The notes: generated by a model from the sequence alone, not told the origin. Shown: positions 1 to 13,925, counted from the first letter of the stretch. The stretch is DNA of 64,000 nucleotides from Octopus bimaculoides (GCF_001194135.2 NC_068982.1:148183036-148247035), one strand, 5' to 3'. Made by a program: numbers and translations.

Positions 1-863
1 ACCCGCCCTTATCTTGAATACTGCTGCCTGCAGACTAATCGCAAGGAAAATACACATGGCAGGTCTTGGTTATTGTGATCGCCTGGAGAAATACAAACTT
101 TGTTCCCTCTAGCACTGCCGTGAAGACTATATCATTTCTATGATGTGGAATATACTCTAACAGCACTGCACAATTGATAATGACATCAGCTTAAAAAGAC
201 AATCAAGGCTTGGACCCTATTCCAACTATATTATCATGCTCGCGTTACACCACAACGCTGAAACACAACTATTTCACCTCAACTAGCCCTGCTCTCTTAA
301 ACCTCATACCAAGACACATAAGGGAACAAGAAAAAGATCTCATAATATTCTAAAGCCAACAACTGATGAAGAGCCATTTTCTATGTTACTTGTCCTGTTT
401 TCCATTTGTCTCTCCTGTTGTTTGCGTATTGAACTCATTTGTTTTCGTATTTCATGTTGTTTAGTTGGTGACGTCCTGTAGTCATATATGCACATATATA
501 TATATATGTGCATATATGACTACAGGACGTCACCAACTAAACAACNNNNNNNNNNNNNNNNNNNNNNNNNNNNNNNNNNNNNNNNNNNNNNNNNNNNNNN
601 NNNNNNNNNNNNNNNNNNNNNNNNNNNNNNNNNNNNNNNNNNNNNNNNNNNNNNNNNNNNNNNNNNNNNNNNNNNNNNNNNNNNNNNNNNNNNNNNNNNN
701 NNNNNNNNNNNNNNNNNNNNNNNNNNNNNNNNNNNNNNNNNNNNNNNNNNNNNNNNNNNNNNNNNNNNNNNNNNNNNNNNNNNNNNNNNNNNNNNNNNNN
801 NNNNNNNNNNNNNNNNNNNNNNNNNNNNNNNNNNNNNNNNNNNNNNNNNNNNNNNNNNNNNNN

Positions 864-906
<43 letters not shown>

Positions 907-910
907 CGAT

Positions 911-1065
911 AGGATTCTTTCAGTTTCTGTCTACCAAATCCACTCTGAAGGCTTTGGTCGGCCCGAGGCTGTAGTAGAAGACACTTGCCCAAGGTGTCAC
1001 GCAGTGGGACTGAGCCCGGAACCATGTAGTTGGTAAGCAAGCTACGTACCACACAGCCACTCCTA
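911..1065 (-). mobile_element. tRNA-derived SINE family 1, 5' part
   Basis: Reverse complement of the head seen at 1859 (ggagtggctgtgtggta...ggttcagtcccactgcg...gggcaagtgtcttctac). Confidence 0.8.
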
Positions 1066-1721
1066 AAATTCTGGACGGTTTCCTTGTTTAAGCTGGTGAA
1101 TGCTGCCATAATCCTTGCCTTCAGTTTGTCTTTAGTGTTATAAAGAGTTTTGTTGGTCTCTCGGTCAACTACGCCCCACACATAATAATCAAATATTTGC
1201 AGTCTGGGGAGTTAGGTGGCCAGATGTTATGGGTGATGTTGTCGCAGAAATTGTCTGACAACCATCTGCTTGTGTGGCATGGTGCAGAGTCCTTTTGTCA
1301 GACATAGGGTCTTCTAGCAGGCACCCTCTTGATCCAGAGCAGTGCTACCTCCTCCAGGCACTCGATGTAGGCTACCATATTGAGTGTGGAGCTGTGTAGG
1401 AAGATGAATGGAGGCATAAAGCCGTCATCACAAGTGATTACTCCAAACACTATGATGTTGACTGAATGTTTGATTTTATCATTCTCAGTACATGATATTT
1501 TGGGACACGGCAATCCAACGGTTGTTCTGCGTGTTCACCATCTGTTCGTATTGACGATTCCAAATTTCTGCTAGACTGAAGAGTGTCATGGTGCTGTTTT
1601 TCTCACAGACGGTGCCCAACTGACCCTAGTATACTATGTAGTCGACAAAATCAAAAACAAACAATGCGCATGCACGAAATTAAAAATATAAAATGGCGAC
1701 AATTGACCCATTGCACCCTGT
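1066..1721 (-). mobile_element. Degenerate Tc1/mariner DNA transposon fragment
   Basis: Transposase-like pieces (IVFGVIT...MPPFIF; WGVVDRETNK...KLKARI) and a CAGGGTG-type terminus (caccctgta at 1713-1721). Confidence 0.7.
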
Positions 1722-1768
1722 ACATATATGGACATGTATGTATACATATATATGTATAGCAACAGATG

Positions 1769-1803
<35 letters not shown>

Positions 1804-1858
1804 CACAGTGATATATATATATATATGTATATATGTGTGTATATATATATATATATAT

Positions 1859-2024
1859 AGGCGTAGGAGTGGCTGTGTGGTAAGTAGCTTGCTTACCAGC
1901 CACATGGTCCCGGGTTCAGTCCCACTGCGTAGCAACTTGGGCAAGTGTCTTCTACTATAGCCTCGGGCCGACCAAAGCCTTGTGAGTGGATTTGGTAGAC
2001 GGAAACTGAAAGAAGCCCGTCGTA

Positions 2025-2075
<51 letters not shown>

Positions 2076-2381
2076 NNNNNNNNNNNNNNNNNNNNNNNNN
2101 NNNNNNNNNNNNNNNNNNNNNACACACACACACACACAACACAGTGATATATATATATATATGTATGCGTGTTTGTGTGTCTGTGTTTGTTCCCCCCAAC
2201 ATCGCTTGACAACCGATGCTGGTGTGTTTATGTCCCCGTAACTTAGCGGTTTGGCAAAATAGACCGATAGAATAAGTACTAGGCTTCCAGAGAATAAGTC
2301 CTGTGGTTGATTTGCTCGACTAAAGGTGGAGGTCCAGCATGGCCGCAGTCAAATGGCTGAAACCAGTAAAAGAGTAAAGAG
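1859..2381 (+). mobile_element. tRNA-derived SINE family 1, full length with central (TA)n/(TG)n
   Basis: tRNA-like head with A/B-box-like motifs, shared body and aaaga tail; further copies at 4906-5318, 5854-6310, 7486-8225 and (minus) 31995-32100. Confidence 0.85.
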
Positions 2382-4364
2382 TATATGTATATATACATAC
2401 ATACATGCATACATTTATACTTTTAATATGCATACATAGGTATATATACATATATATGCCTGCTAATCTTTACAGCCCGTTACATCGGAGCATTTTTCAT
2501 CACTTTGTAGCGGTTTGTAGATAAAACATCACACAAATACCTCGTCTGTACATCTAATGCATTGGGACGAATATATTCAGCAGGCAGCATTCAGCACCCT
2601 CACGCATACACTTAGACAAGCTTTGTCATGCACATTTACCTACATTTTGTTTGTAATAAACTCTTTAAACTTCCCATAATATTATCGGGTAAACCGGACG
2701 GTTGCATCAACTTAGGGCATGCATTCTATTTTAGGTTGATTATTTCTTTCACATAAGCTATGACATGCTGAAATTTACGTGTGTGGTATCAAATTGTTTG
2801 TTTCAATCGTTACTTAACATTCGTTAAATATTATCACTAATACTACCAATATCGATTTTTAAAATTGAAAAAATTTCTAGTGACCCAAACAAAAATAGAA
2901 ATAATATATTATATATTATATTGGCGTTATTACAGAGTCAAACAGCACTATCATCTGAAGCAGATAATATACACCCAGAAAAATAAAGAAATAAATTTTG
3001 ATCAAGCTATTCTTTATTAGGGCACTTATATACTGAATACCATTAGTTATTTTTAATGTCCTCATATTTTCAGTACACAAAGTGTCATGATTGCCAATGA
3101 TTTAAATATATGATAAATTGATAAATATTAGAAAAGATTTCGGTTAGTAATTGATAAATAGGAATGAGTTAACTTAAAACTTCAAAAATAAACATCTACA
3201 TATTTGAAAAACTGACTCACAAAATAGAAGTGTGTTATCTTTTTTTTTTAATTTTTTTTTTTTTTTTTTTTGACCAAGTAACAAATTTCTATATTTATTT
3301 TTCCCTAATTTAACGTGAATGGAAGGCAGTGAGCTGGTGGAATGGTTTTCACCCCGGGCAAAATGCTTAGTGGCATTTTCGTCCGGGTTTACATTCTGAG
3401 TTCAAATTCCGCTGAGATTCACTTTGCCTTTCATTCTTTCGGGGTCAATAAAATAAGTACCGGTTGAGCCCTGGGATCGATGTAATCAACTTAAACCTCC
3501 TCCGAAATTGTTACCCTTGTGGCGAATTTTTGAAATCAATGTTTTAAAGTGAAAGGAATAATTTTATGGGAATTAGCATTCCTTATTTCTAATACTATGA
3601 TTTAAGTAAATCTAAATACCAAGTATTGAACAAGGCAACAAGTTAATAAAAGTACCAAAACATCACAACATTTAGTAATATTTCAGTAAATCGTTATATG
3701 TAACTTTTCTGCCCATTTTAACAGAAGTCGTTAAATACGGATATTGCATTCTTATGGTGTATTTCGTGATTGCATTTGATTTGTAATGTGTTTTATGGGA
3801 GACTGTGTATTGTGAGTGCCACTTTTGTATTTTGTTGGGATCAGTTTGTGAAATAAATTAAAATACACGCACTGGATGTAATTCACTTTTTACAGCTTTT
3901 TACAAATTTGTTAGAAAATTTTCGTTATAAGACTGTGGTCTTAGTAATAACATATAAACCCACCAATATTTTACTTTTATTTTGTTTTTTTTTTATGTTA
4001 TGTAGCTTGTGCTTGTGTTTCTTGGTGTAATATCGCGTTCCTCTTATGTGTTTTTAATTTTCTATGTTTGTATACATATGTTTTTTCATTTGCTTTTATT
4101 TTTTCTAGTGCAGAAATAAGTAAACAAATGAAACATGTGAAATATTTATGGGCGCAATGTAAACAAAAGAGTAACAAGACAGCATATAACACGCTGATAC
4201 CTGTTTATAAACGAATGAAAGATATACAATTGGACATTGAGGATATATAAGTATGACGACATATATGTATGAAGTTGCTACACTAAATAGGAACTTGAGT
4301 TTATACACTGTACACAGATTAATGCTTGTATGGAGGAATACATAGGAGGATAAAATTTACTTAC

Positions 4365-4425
4365 CTTGCGAAAATGCTTGTATGTACACTATACAAAAAC
4401 TGCTTAAAAGCAGAAAATACCTCAT
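4365..4425 (-). CDS. Gene C signal-peptide exon MRYFLLLSSFCIVYIQAFSQ(G); remaining exons presumably left of the window
   Basis: Acceptor tatttcag before 4432, ATG at 4425, donor CAAG|GTAAGT; 61 nt. No linker or module exon was found in 1-4364. Confidence 0.85.
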
Positions 4426-4905
4426 GTTTTTCCTGAAATAATTATGATTAGAGTTTGAACGAGAAAAATATATGTATATCAATACCACAATCAAAAGAAG
4501 AGTAACGAAATTCGGTGTTCCTTTCTGAGTTACCTGAACCTGCTATGGGAAATGAAGTGATACATAACACTATAGACCTGGTCAGTAAATAAAGGCCCAA
4601 ATAATGGTGTTGCATTTGGCGAATGCATTATAATTACCCATTCATCACCGAAAATCTACACAAAATCCTTGTGCATAATTACACAAATATGACTTGCTCC
4701 TAACCATAACTATTGTAGAACATGCACTCTCAGTCTTCTTCATTGCGGAGTCAACACATTACTTTTAATTTCTTAAGAACGGGGCCATGTTTAAGCTAAG
4801 TATATAATTATTAGAAGAAAGTGATACTACAGTGAAATAACAGGACATAATGTAATTCAGAGAATAAGATTCGCAAAAGTACATGTGTTTAAAACATTGG
4901 CATAC

Positions 4906-5318
4906 AGGCGCAGGCGTAGCTGTGTCGTAAGAAGCTTACTGCCTAAAAACATAGATCCAGGTTCAGTCTTACTGCGTGACACCTTGTGCGAGTGTCTTCT
5001 ACTATAACCTCAGGCAGATAAAAGCCTTGTGAATGGAATTGGTAGACGGAAACTGAAGGAAGCCCGCCTTATATATATATTATGCATATATCTATGTGAG
5101 CATATCTTTGTGTTTGTGTTTGTCACCTCACCATCGCTTGACAACCAATGTTGATGTGTTTACGTTCCCGTAACATAGCGTTTCAGCCAAAGAGAATGGT
5201 AAAAGTACTAGGCTTTAAAAAAGTCATAGGTTCGATTTCTTCGACTAAAACTCTTTAAGGAGGTGCCCCAGCATTGCTGCTGTCAAATGGTTGAAACAAG
5301 TGAAAGAATAAAAGAATA
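4906..5318 (+). mobile_element. SINE family 1 copy (gene C intron 1)
   Basis: Aligns along its length with 1859-2381. Confidence 0.8.
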
Positions 5319-5853
5319 AATACACCGATAATCCATATGACATTATTAATAAAATTTAAATACATACAATAAATAGATACAATAAATGCTTAAATGCGCG
5401 AAACGCTTAGCGGTATTTCGCCTGTTTTTATGTTCTGAGTTCAAATTCCACCGAGGTCGACTTTGCTTTTCATCTTTTCGGGGTTGATAAATTAAGTACC
5501 AGTTGCGTACTGGATCAATCTTATCAACTGGCCCCCTCCCCAGAAATTTCGGTCCTTATGCCTAAAGTAAAAAAGAATCGTTAGCTCGGCGCGGCATTTT
5601 ATCTGTCTGTGCATTCTGAGTTCAAATACTGCCGGGATGGTAATCTACCTTAGAGAAAGAAATCCTCCAAAGTAAAACCTGAGGTCTTGGAAGTTCCCGG
5701 TTTTGTCAATTCTCATGTCACAGCGGTGAAAATTTTCTTGGACCAATTGGTGAGCGTAATGCAGTACAACTTACAACCACCGAAAATTATTTATCTGCAC
5801 AGGTACTTCTTGGACACCGAATTTTAGTCAAATCATTGAATGAATGTATGTAT

Positions 5854-6310
5854 AGGCATAGGTGTGGCTGTGTGGTAAATAGCTTGCTTACAAACCACAT
5901 GATTCCGGGTTCAGTCCTACTACGTGACAAATTAGGCAAGTGTCGACCAAAGTCTTGTGAGTGGACTTGGTAGACGGAAACTGAAAGAAGCCCATCGTAT
6001 ATATGGTTCCAGTATATATGGTTCCGACGACAATGGTTCCAGTTAATCTGACCAACAGAACAGCCTGCTCGTGAAATTAACGTGTAAGTGGTTGAGCACT
6101 CTACATGTGTGTATGTTTGTGTGTCTGAGTTTGTCCCCAACATCGCCTGACAACCGATGCTGGTGTGTTTACGTCTCCGTAACTTAGCGGTTCGGCAAAA
6201 GAGACCGATGAAATAAGTGCTAGGCTTACAAAGAATAAGACCTGGGGTCGATATGCTCGACTAAAGGCGGTGCTCCAGCATGGCCACAGTCAAATGACAA
6301 ACAAATAAAT
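5854..6310 (+). mobile_element. SINE family 1 copy (gene C intron 1)
   Basis: Aligns with 1859-2381. Confidence 0.8.
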
Positions 6311-6344
6311 GGGCAAATGAGTGTGTATGTATGCATGCATGCAT

Positions 6345-6387
<43 letters not shown>

Positions 6388-6570
6388 GTGTATATATCCA
6401 CATATATGTAGATAGGCATATATAGATATACATATGTGTGTGTGCGTGCATATGCATAAATCGAAATGGCTCATATTCTGTATAAGTGTATGTAAAATGA
6501 AATCTGGTTAGGAAGGAGCTTCTGTAGTTTGATAAAATAAAAGTAGGAAGCAATGAAACTTAAAACTTAC

Positions 6571-6662
6571 AGGTGTAAATTGAGTCGTAAATACAAACAC
6601 ACACCTACAAAAGGGCAGTGGCAACTGAATATATTCGGTTACGCCAGTCAGTCATATATAAG
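6571..6662 (-). promoter_or_regulatory. Gene C core promoter (TATA + Inr) and non-coding exon 1
   Basis: TATATA at 6660-6655, Inr-like TCAGTT with A at 6626, donor CCT|GTAAGT at 6571/6570; the same arrangement occurs in gene B. Confidence 0.65.
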
Positions 6663-7485
6663 CATGTGCATACGTACACAGTCTGTTTATTGATCCATTT
6701 CTGCTTCTTTGTATCTGCTGCAGATACTTTTTCTTGACCTGTATGAATGTGTGTGTATGCGTTTGTATGTGTGTGTGTGTGTGTGTGTGTTTGTGTGTGT
6801 GTGCGTGTGTATGCGTGTGTGTGTGTGTGTCGGTGTTTTAAGCGAGAGGACACACAAAAAACATAGTAAGTGTGAAAATACTGTCAAAATTTAGCTGCTT
6901 TCACAGTAATACGAGCATTACATGACATTAATCATAACAAAATCTTCGTTTATATAAATAAATGTCATTGTTGTGAAGGATCAATTTGAATATTTTGCGC
7001 TTTTGCTTTACATTTTCCACAAATATTCAATATTTTGATTTCTACGAAAGAAGTTTCTGAGAAAAATTCCTTTCTCAACCCACCCCAACCATCCACACAC
7101 TCACTCACTCACTCAGTCATTGTTCTCTTAAGGGTGAAGAACTTTGAAAAAAAAATAGAATGAGAAACTACGGTAGCATCCACAGATTTTTGACACTTTC
7201 CAGTATAACATTTATTTTCATGTCTAATCTTGTTTCTACCATCTTTGTATCTTTATATCGATTTGTACAATTTAAAAAATATTTTTCAACGAAAATATAT
7301 AAAATAATCACTGTTCGTGAATTCTAATTTGAATTCTATCATGCAAGATAAAAATGAAGTTGGTTTGTGATATAACGGAAATAACTTTTCTCTGAGAATT
7401 GATTCAATATTTCGAAACTGATTATCGCTTTATGTTCATTGATTTAATCAGCAGGCTAAAGATTTGGTAAATAACTAAACAACAT

Positions 7486-7983
7486 AGGCGCAGAAGTGGC
7501 TGTGTGGTAAGCAGCTTGCTTACCAACCGCATAGTTCCGGGTTCATTCCCACTGCGTGACACCTTGGGCAAGTGTCTTCTACTATAGCCGCGGGCTGATC
7601 AAAGCCTTGTGAGTGGATTTGGTACACGGAAAATGAAAGAATCACGTGGTATACATATATATATATATATATATTATTTTGCTTAAAAGAGTTCCAACAC
7701 TGTCTGTTTTTTATGTTTTATTTATATTCCTGCAGAACTAATGTGGGGTATAGAATATGGAATATACAATATATAATATAATATACAATATATAATATAG
7801 AATAAAATAAAAATGGATGGCACCATGAAATAAAGTATTGAATGTAGATGAAATATTGAGTGTTCAATATAAAGGATCAAATATATAAATATATAAATAT
7901 AAATATATATATATANNNNNNNNNNNNNNNNNNNNNNNNNNNNNNNNNNNNNNNNNNNNNNNNNNNNNNNNNNNNNNNNNNNN

Positions 7984-8015
<32 letters not shown>

Positions 8016-8225
8016 TGTGTCTGTGTTTGTCCCCCCAACATCGCCTGACAACCGATGCTGGTGTGTTTACGTCCCCGTAACTTAGCGGTTCGGCAAAGGA
8101 GACCGATAGAATAAGTACTAGGCTTACAAATAATAAATCCTGGGGTCAATTTTCTCGACTAAAGGCAGTGCTCCAGCATGGCCACAGTCAAATGACTGAA
8201 ACAAATAAAAGAGTAAAAGAGAGTA
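7486..8225 (+). mobile_element. SINE family 1 copy with expanded AT-rich centre
   Basis: Head at 7486-7650 and tail at 7984-8225 match the family. Confidence 0.8.
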
Positions 8226-8993
8226 AGAATAATATGGTTCTTAAGTCTATTTTATCCTAAACAAACCTGTACTTTGCTTTACTGCTGAAGCAAAAAAAAC
8301 AAAACAATTTAAAGGAGTTCCAAATATAAAAAAAAATATGTCTTTGCTGTCATTTAACTTCTAAATTTGTTCAGTAATTCTTCATCGAAATCCCATTATT
8401 TTATTCCCTATTCTTTCGCTTCCGTTGTTATACTTCTTTAGTTCGAAATTTGTACCGCATGGAAACATTATCGCGGTTCCCCTATTTTCAGTATGTGCTA
8501 TATGTGACTTAGATCCCAGATGGCTGAGTCTATATGTTTGGAATCCACGTGGTCACATGCTATAGAGGTTTGCACACACACACGAACCACCGTCACACAG
8601 TCTTAGGAGACACCCGATTCATTCGACTGGATGATAAGAAAAGAACTTCCATTGTAGTTTCAGGAGACGATTTCCCATCTTAGTTCAAACGACTTGATTT
8701 TACATATCGAAAAGGCAAATATTTTCAACTGCCCGTTTAAACCTTGAAAAGCAAAGCTTCACCCACGATCAGCTTTACGTTGGATGCTGAAGAAGAGAAA
8801 TAAAGAAAAATCTTTAGATCTATAATCTAAAAGAAACAAAAAAAAAACTTCGTTTATCGAGACATAACGCCCAAATAATGCAGCAATCCCTCCTGATGAA
8901 AACGCCTAACCACCGGCAAGGCATAGAATAAAAAATTGAAATAAAAGCATTCTATAAAAAAAATTGATCGGACACTGATGGTCTACTCTGCTA

Positions 8994-9028
<35 letters not shown>

Positions 9029-10326
9029 ATATAGTCATGAGCTACTAAAAATTTCATACATTGGCGATGGTATTTTGGCAGGCTTTGATAACGCACCCAC
9101 TGTCTCCAACCAATGTCAATCACTGAGCTCATGGGCCTATACAAATCAGGAGAAGAGAACAAAAGGAATCATGAGATAAAAACGAGAGGAGGGTGAATAC
9201 AAAAAGTGGATAGGGGGGAAAACACAGAAAAAGAACAGAAAGAGAATGAGAGCCTTATCCCCGAATCGGTTTCGATTTCTGGATTAATCCAAAAAGGATT
9301 TTTCCTTTATCAGCGAGGAACACAAAATGAAAATTAATGAAATAAGACATACCCACGGAAAGGCAAATGCAAAGTCATTAATACATTTAAGTACCCCAAA
9401 TATATCCAAATGGGTGTGTCTAAGTATTTCATTTATTTTCATTTCTTGTTCCTCACTGAAGAAAGAAAAATCCTTTCTGGGATCTATTTTAAAACGGGGG
9501 CCACAGTATTTTCTTAACGAAACACTTTGAAACTTGGAACACTGGTAGAATGTGTCATATAAAACATCTTTTTCTCTTAGTTTTCTTTAAAAAAANNNNN
9601 NNNNNNNNNNNNNNNNNNNNNNNNNNNNNNNNNNNNNNNNNNNNNNNNNNNNNNNNNNNNNNNNNNNNNNNNNNNNNNNNNNNNNNNNNNNNNNNNNNNN
9701 NNNNNNNNNNNNNNNNNNNNNNNNNNNNNNNNNNNNNNNNNNNNNNNNNNNNNNNNNNNNNNNNNNNNNNNNNNNNNNNNNNNNNNNNNNNNNNNNNNNN
9801 NNNNNNNNNNNNNNNNNNNNNNNNNNNNNNNNNNNNNNNNNNNNNNNNNNNNNNNNNNNNNNNNNNNNNNNNNNNNNNNNNNNNNNNNNNNNNNNNNNNN
9901 NNNNNNNNNNNNNNNNNNNNNNNNNNNNNNNNNNNNNNNNNNNNNNNNNNNNNNNNNNNNNNNNNNNNNNNNNNNNNNNNNNNNNNNNNNNNNNNNNNNN
10001 NNNNNNNNNNNNNNNNNNNNNNNNNNNNNNNNNNNNNNNNNNNNNNNNNNNNNNNNNNNNNNNNNNNNNNNNNNNNNNNNNNNNNNNNNNNNNNNNNNNN
10101 NNNNNNNNNNNNNNNNNNNNNNNNNNNNNNNNNNNNNNNNNNNNNNNNNNNNNNNNNNNNNNNNNNNNNNNNNNNNNNNNNNNNNNNNNNNNNNNNNNNN
10201 NNNNNNNNNNNNNNNNNNNNNNNNNNNNNNNNNNNNNNNNNNNNNNNNNNNNNNNNNNNNNNNNNNNNNNNNNNNNNNNNNNNNNNNNNNNNNNNNNNNN
10301 NNNNNNNNNNNNNNNNNNNNNNNNNN

Positions 10327-10384
<58 letters not shown>

Positions 10385-11204
10385 TATGCACTTGCATAGC
10401 AAGTGACCTGATCTGAGATCGTGTACTGGATGGGCTACCTGGTGTTATCCACGGTTGGGTTATATTTCCCCTGGGTCTACTTCAGGAATTAGTTGAGATA
10501 GTAATATTTGATGAAGGTTGGAAAATAGATTTGGTACCAGTCTTTATTCAGTACGACGATTGTTTCGAATCATCCTGCAAATGTCCTGTATGGGTAGGAT
10601 TTTGTGCATCTAAATATGGTGCACCAGTCTGTGCAATTTGTGTTACATCAGGTACGTGCATAAAGAAGGGGATGTTCCAGTAAAGAAACTGAGATGTCCT
10701 AGGTATGTTGTTCCTGCTTGCTGAATCTTGGTTATGACTGGCTAACGGCTTTCCGTGGGTTTATAAAGTATGAAGCAAAGTGATAAAATATAGAGAATAC
10801 AATTTAATAAAGAAAGATTAGATTTTGGTTAACGGGGAAGGTGTGCATTCCCGATTATGAACACACACTCACACAAGCGTACAGATACACACACATTCAC
10901 CTACACACCACGCACGCACATCGTAAATTACAGACACATAATTGTAGAAGAAAGAGAGTAAAATTGTCAAACAAGATTACATTAAGATTAAGGGGCAGAA
11001 TTCTACGTTCATTGGGCATATACACATATATAGGGAGAATTCACAAAAGAAAAACAAAAGACGAAGACAGGTGGTGTAGACAACAAACAGATGTATTAGT
11101 ATAACGCTCGGGGTGTGAAAAGTCTTTGACATTTCGAGCCTACGCTCTTCTGCAGAGAGGAACACAGGAAGAAACAAGGAGAAAAAATAAAGAGAGATGT
11201 AGTG

Positions 11205-11247
<43 letters not shown>

Positions 11248-11633
11248 TGTGTGTATCACCCCTATCTTTTATCTCACATCCCACTGCAAAGTAGGATCAG
11301 TTGCAGATAACCACTCTCTGGTGGCGGGTGTTAGCAGACATACACACATGTACACTGGAATTTTTATGTATACACAAAGCCGCATATATATGCATATGTA
11401 CATTTAAGCATTCATTTGTTTATCTATTTTTGTATCTGTTTAATCTTAGTGGCATGCTGGCGTTCTAATGTAGGGCACTGTAAAATAGTTGTTTGCATTT
11501 GCACGTTGACGCATTCGTATGCGTATTTCCTCAGTGCATTCAAAACATCCATTTACACGAGAGCCCACTGGTGGTGGCCAATATTACAGGTGTCGCTCTG
11601 CATCTTATAAAGAGTATTTATGTATCTATCCAT

Positions 11634-12154
11634 TTATTACATGAAAAAATGCGAGCATGAAAAGTAATATTCTTAAGATTATTAACCTGGAAACGTACAG
11701 GACAAGTTATTACACCTGGAAAAGTATCGGAGAAGCTGTTACTTCTAGTAAAGTAAAGAATAAGAAACTATTGACTTAAAATATTGCAGCAAAGAATGCC
11801 AGTTCTTCTAATTTATCATTCTTTACTGTTCTCATTTTTTAAATTTATTGTTCAAAACTGTTCATCTAATTTGTAAGTTTGCGTAATTAGTCACTTTTTC
11901 TCTATTTAAGGTAGTAAATTAGCAAAATTCTACTTAATTAAGTATAGCATTATTTGTAAACTATAATAAATGAGTTTTAATATTCAAATTTTAACTTTAG
12001 CTGCAATATTTTAATTAAAATGTTTCTTATTCTTTACTTTACTAGAAGTAACAGCTCCTCCCATACTTTTCCAGGCGTAATAACTTGTCCTGTACTTTTC
12101 CAGGTTTATAATCTTATGAATATTACTTTCCATGCTCGCATTTTTCCATGTAAT
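11634..12154. mobile_element. MITE-like element with ~160-bp terminal inverted repeats
   Basis: 11639-11795 is the reverse complement of ~11996-12153 (e.g. gctgttacttctagtaaagtaaagaataagaaac / gtttcttattctttactttactagaagtaacagc). Confidence 0.75.
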
Positions 12155-12984
12155 CCATGATTTTTCCAGGCATTTCTGTTATAAGATAATTAATAATGTG
12201 TCAATTAATAATTTAAGATTTTACCTTATAAAATACTGAAGGATATTTCAATTTTTCCATGTAAGTGATGATAATATTTTAATTTTTTTCGTGTTTAATT
12301 TAAATATATGTTGTTATTGAATTATTTGATGTTACCCATCCACACCAAACTAATGGCAGGGATTTTTACCATGTTGTTGGTTGCGCCATGGCTCACCAAA
12401 AGTTACAAACAACAAGACCCCAAGACCATCAGTTACCAGGCTCACCTTAAGTAACCTAATTTTGCAATATTAGGAGGTCACAGGAATTCATCCAACAAAA
12501 TAAACTTCCATTGATTCCGGGATTGTAATATGCATAAATATCATCGGCAGAAGTTAGAGAGTTTCGTGTATTGGCAGTTATCAAACACGAATTTGTCCAT
12601 TGTCACTCAGTAACTTCTGACGAAATAACGTCTAAAATACAAAATTTTGTCAAAAACGTTAAGAGTAAACCCACTTCTATGTGACACATTCTACCAGTAT
12701 CGGAAGTTTGAAAGTGTTTAGTTAAAAAAAAAAAATAATTAAATAATCTGTACGTTAAAGCCGACCTCGGCGACATTTGAACTTAAGAGACAAACGAAAC
12801 ACTACTAGGCATTTCAACTGGTGCACTAACGTTTCTGCCAGCTCGCCGCCTTAGAAGGGAAAGCATTCATTTTAGAAATATATTCTTTATTCTTATTGCT
12901 TAAGCGTTACTCCCTTACTGACATTAAATTTCGTCGCATTTTACCTCATAACTGTTTTACTACTAATTTTTGTTCAATCTGACT

Positions 12985-13480
12985 AACGATTCTGGCCGCC
13001 TTCCACATCATGCTACCCTTAACAAGATGATTAAGCATTGCCTATACGCCGCAGACTTCCCTTCCCAGCTCGAACCAGTGGGACTAGACCGAGGGCACGG
13101 TAGAAGGCCGGACGATATGACAATTTTCCAGTTCCGTGGTGGTACTGCCCTCATCTGGGAGGTCACATGTTGTAACAACTTCTATAGCGGCAACTTGGTG
13201 TTGTCAGCTACCAGCCCAGGCTCTACTGCTTGTCAGGCTGAGATAATAAAAAAAAAGACTGTCCAGGCATCGGCTACTCTCCGACAGGTTTATTGTCAAT
13301 CCCATGGAAGAGACCTCCGGCGTTCTTGTCCCTGGACCATATCTCTACTCGCAGCTATTGGGGCAGAGATTGCTGACCGTAAGAGTGAGCCTTGTGAGTC
13401 AGAGTGGCTGTTTCAGCACATCTTCGCCATCCTCCGGGGCAACGCCTTGTTCATTTTGTCTCCTGGTGCCATGAGAAATA
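12985..13480 (+). mobile_element. 3' relic of an RLE-type non-LTR retrotransposon (CRE-like)
   Basis: ORF 12970..13494 contains HHATLNKMIKHCL...LEPVGLDRGHGRRPDDMTIF...LIWEVTC, resembling the RHxxxN / RPD / D restriction-like endonuclease motifs. Confidence 0.7.
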
Positions 13481-13925
13481 TTTTCATATTGTGAGAGGTA
13501 AGGTTCTCCGTTCAGTGGAATAACATCTGATAAGGCTCTGACGACGTTATCTGCTAAATAGTTATTTTCTTTAGAAATATGTAAGCTTAAACAAATACAT
13601 ACATACACACAATGATCCAAGCTGAAGTCATTAATTAGGTTATAGATAAGTGGGTAACTTAATTTGTATATTCGAGCAGAACACAACGTAAATAAAATCC
13701 GAAGTAAATTTAAATATTATGAATGTTCACTGTGGAATAAGAATGCGAACTCATTTCTTCTATACTATTGAATTTTGTCAAAGAGTGGGAGTCTCACGAC
13801 TTATCAGTGACATTGATCGAGAAAAGAAGATCAGGAAGTCTTCTGTAATGAACGCTCAAGAAATTGTAAAATTCTTCTTCGACGATGCCTTTCTATTTTT
13901 GCACTTCCATAATGTAGCAGTACTA

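Larger units (their letters stand above)
2480..7480. repeat. Segmental paralog (gene C 5' region) of ~29680-33500 (gene B 5' region)
   Basis: Collinear alignable blocks: 2550-2740~29765-29955, 4320-4440~30790-30910, 4640-4870~31275-31510, 6540-6700~32410-32560, 6860-7070~32745-32970, 7260-7470~33275-33490, interrupted by different SINE insertions. Confidence 0.85.
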
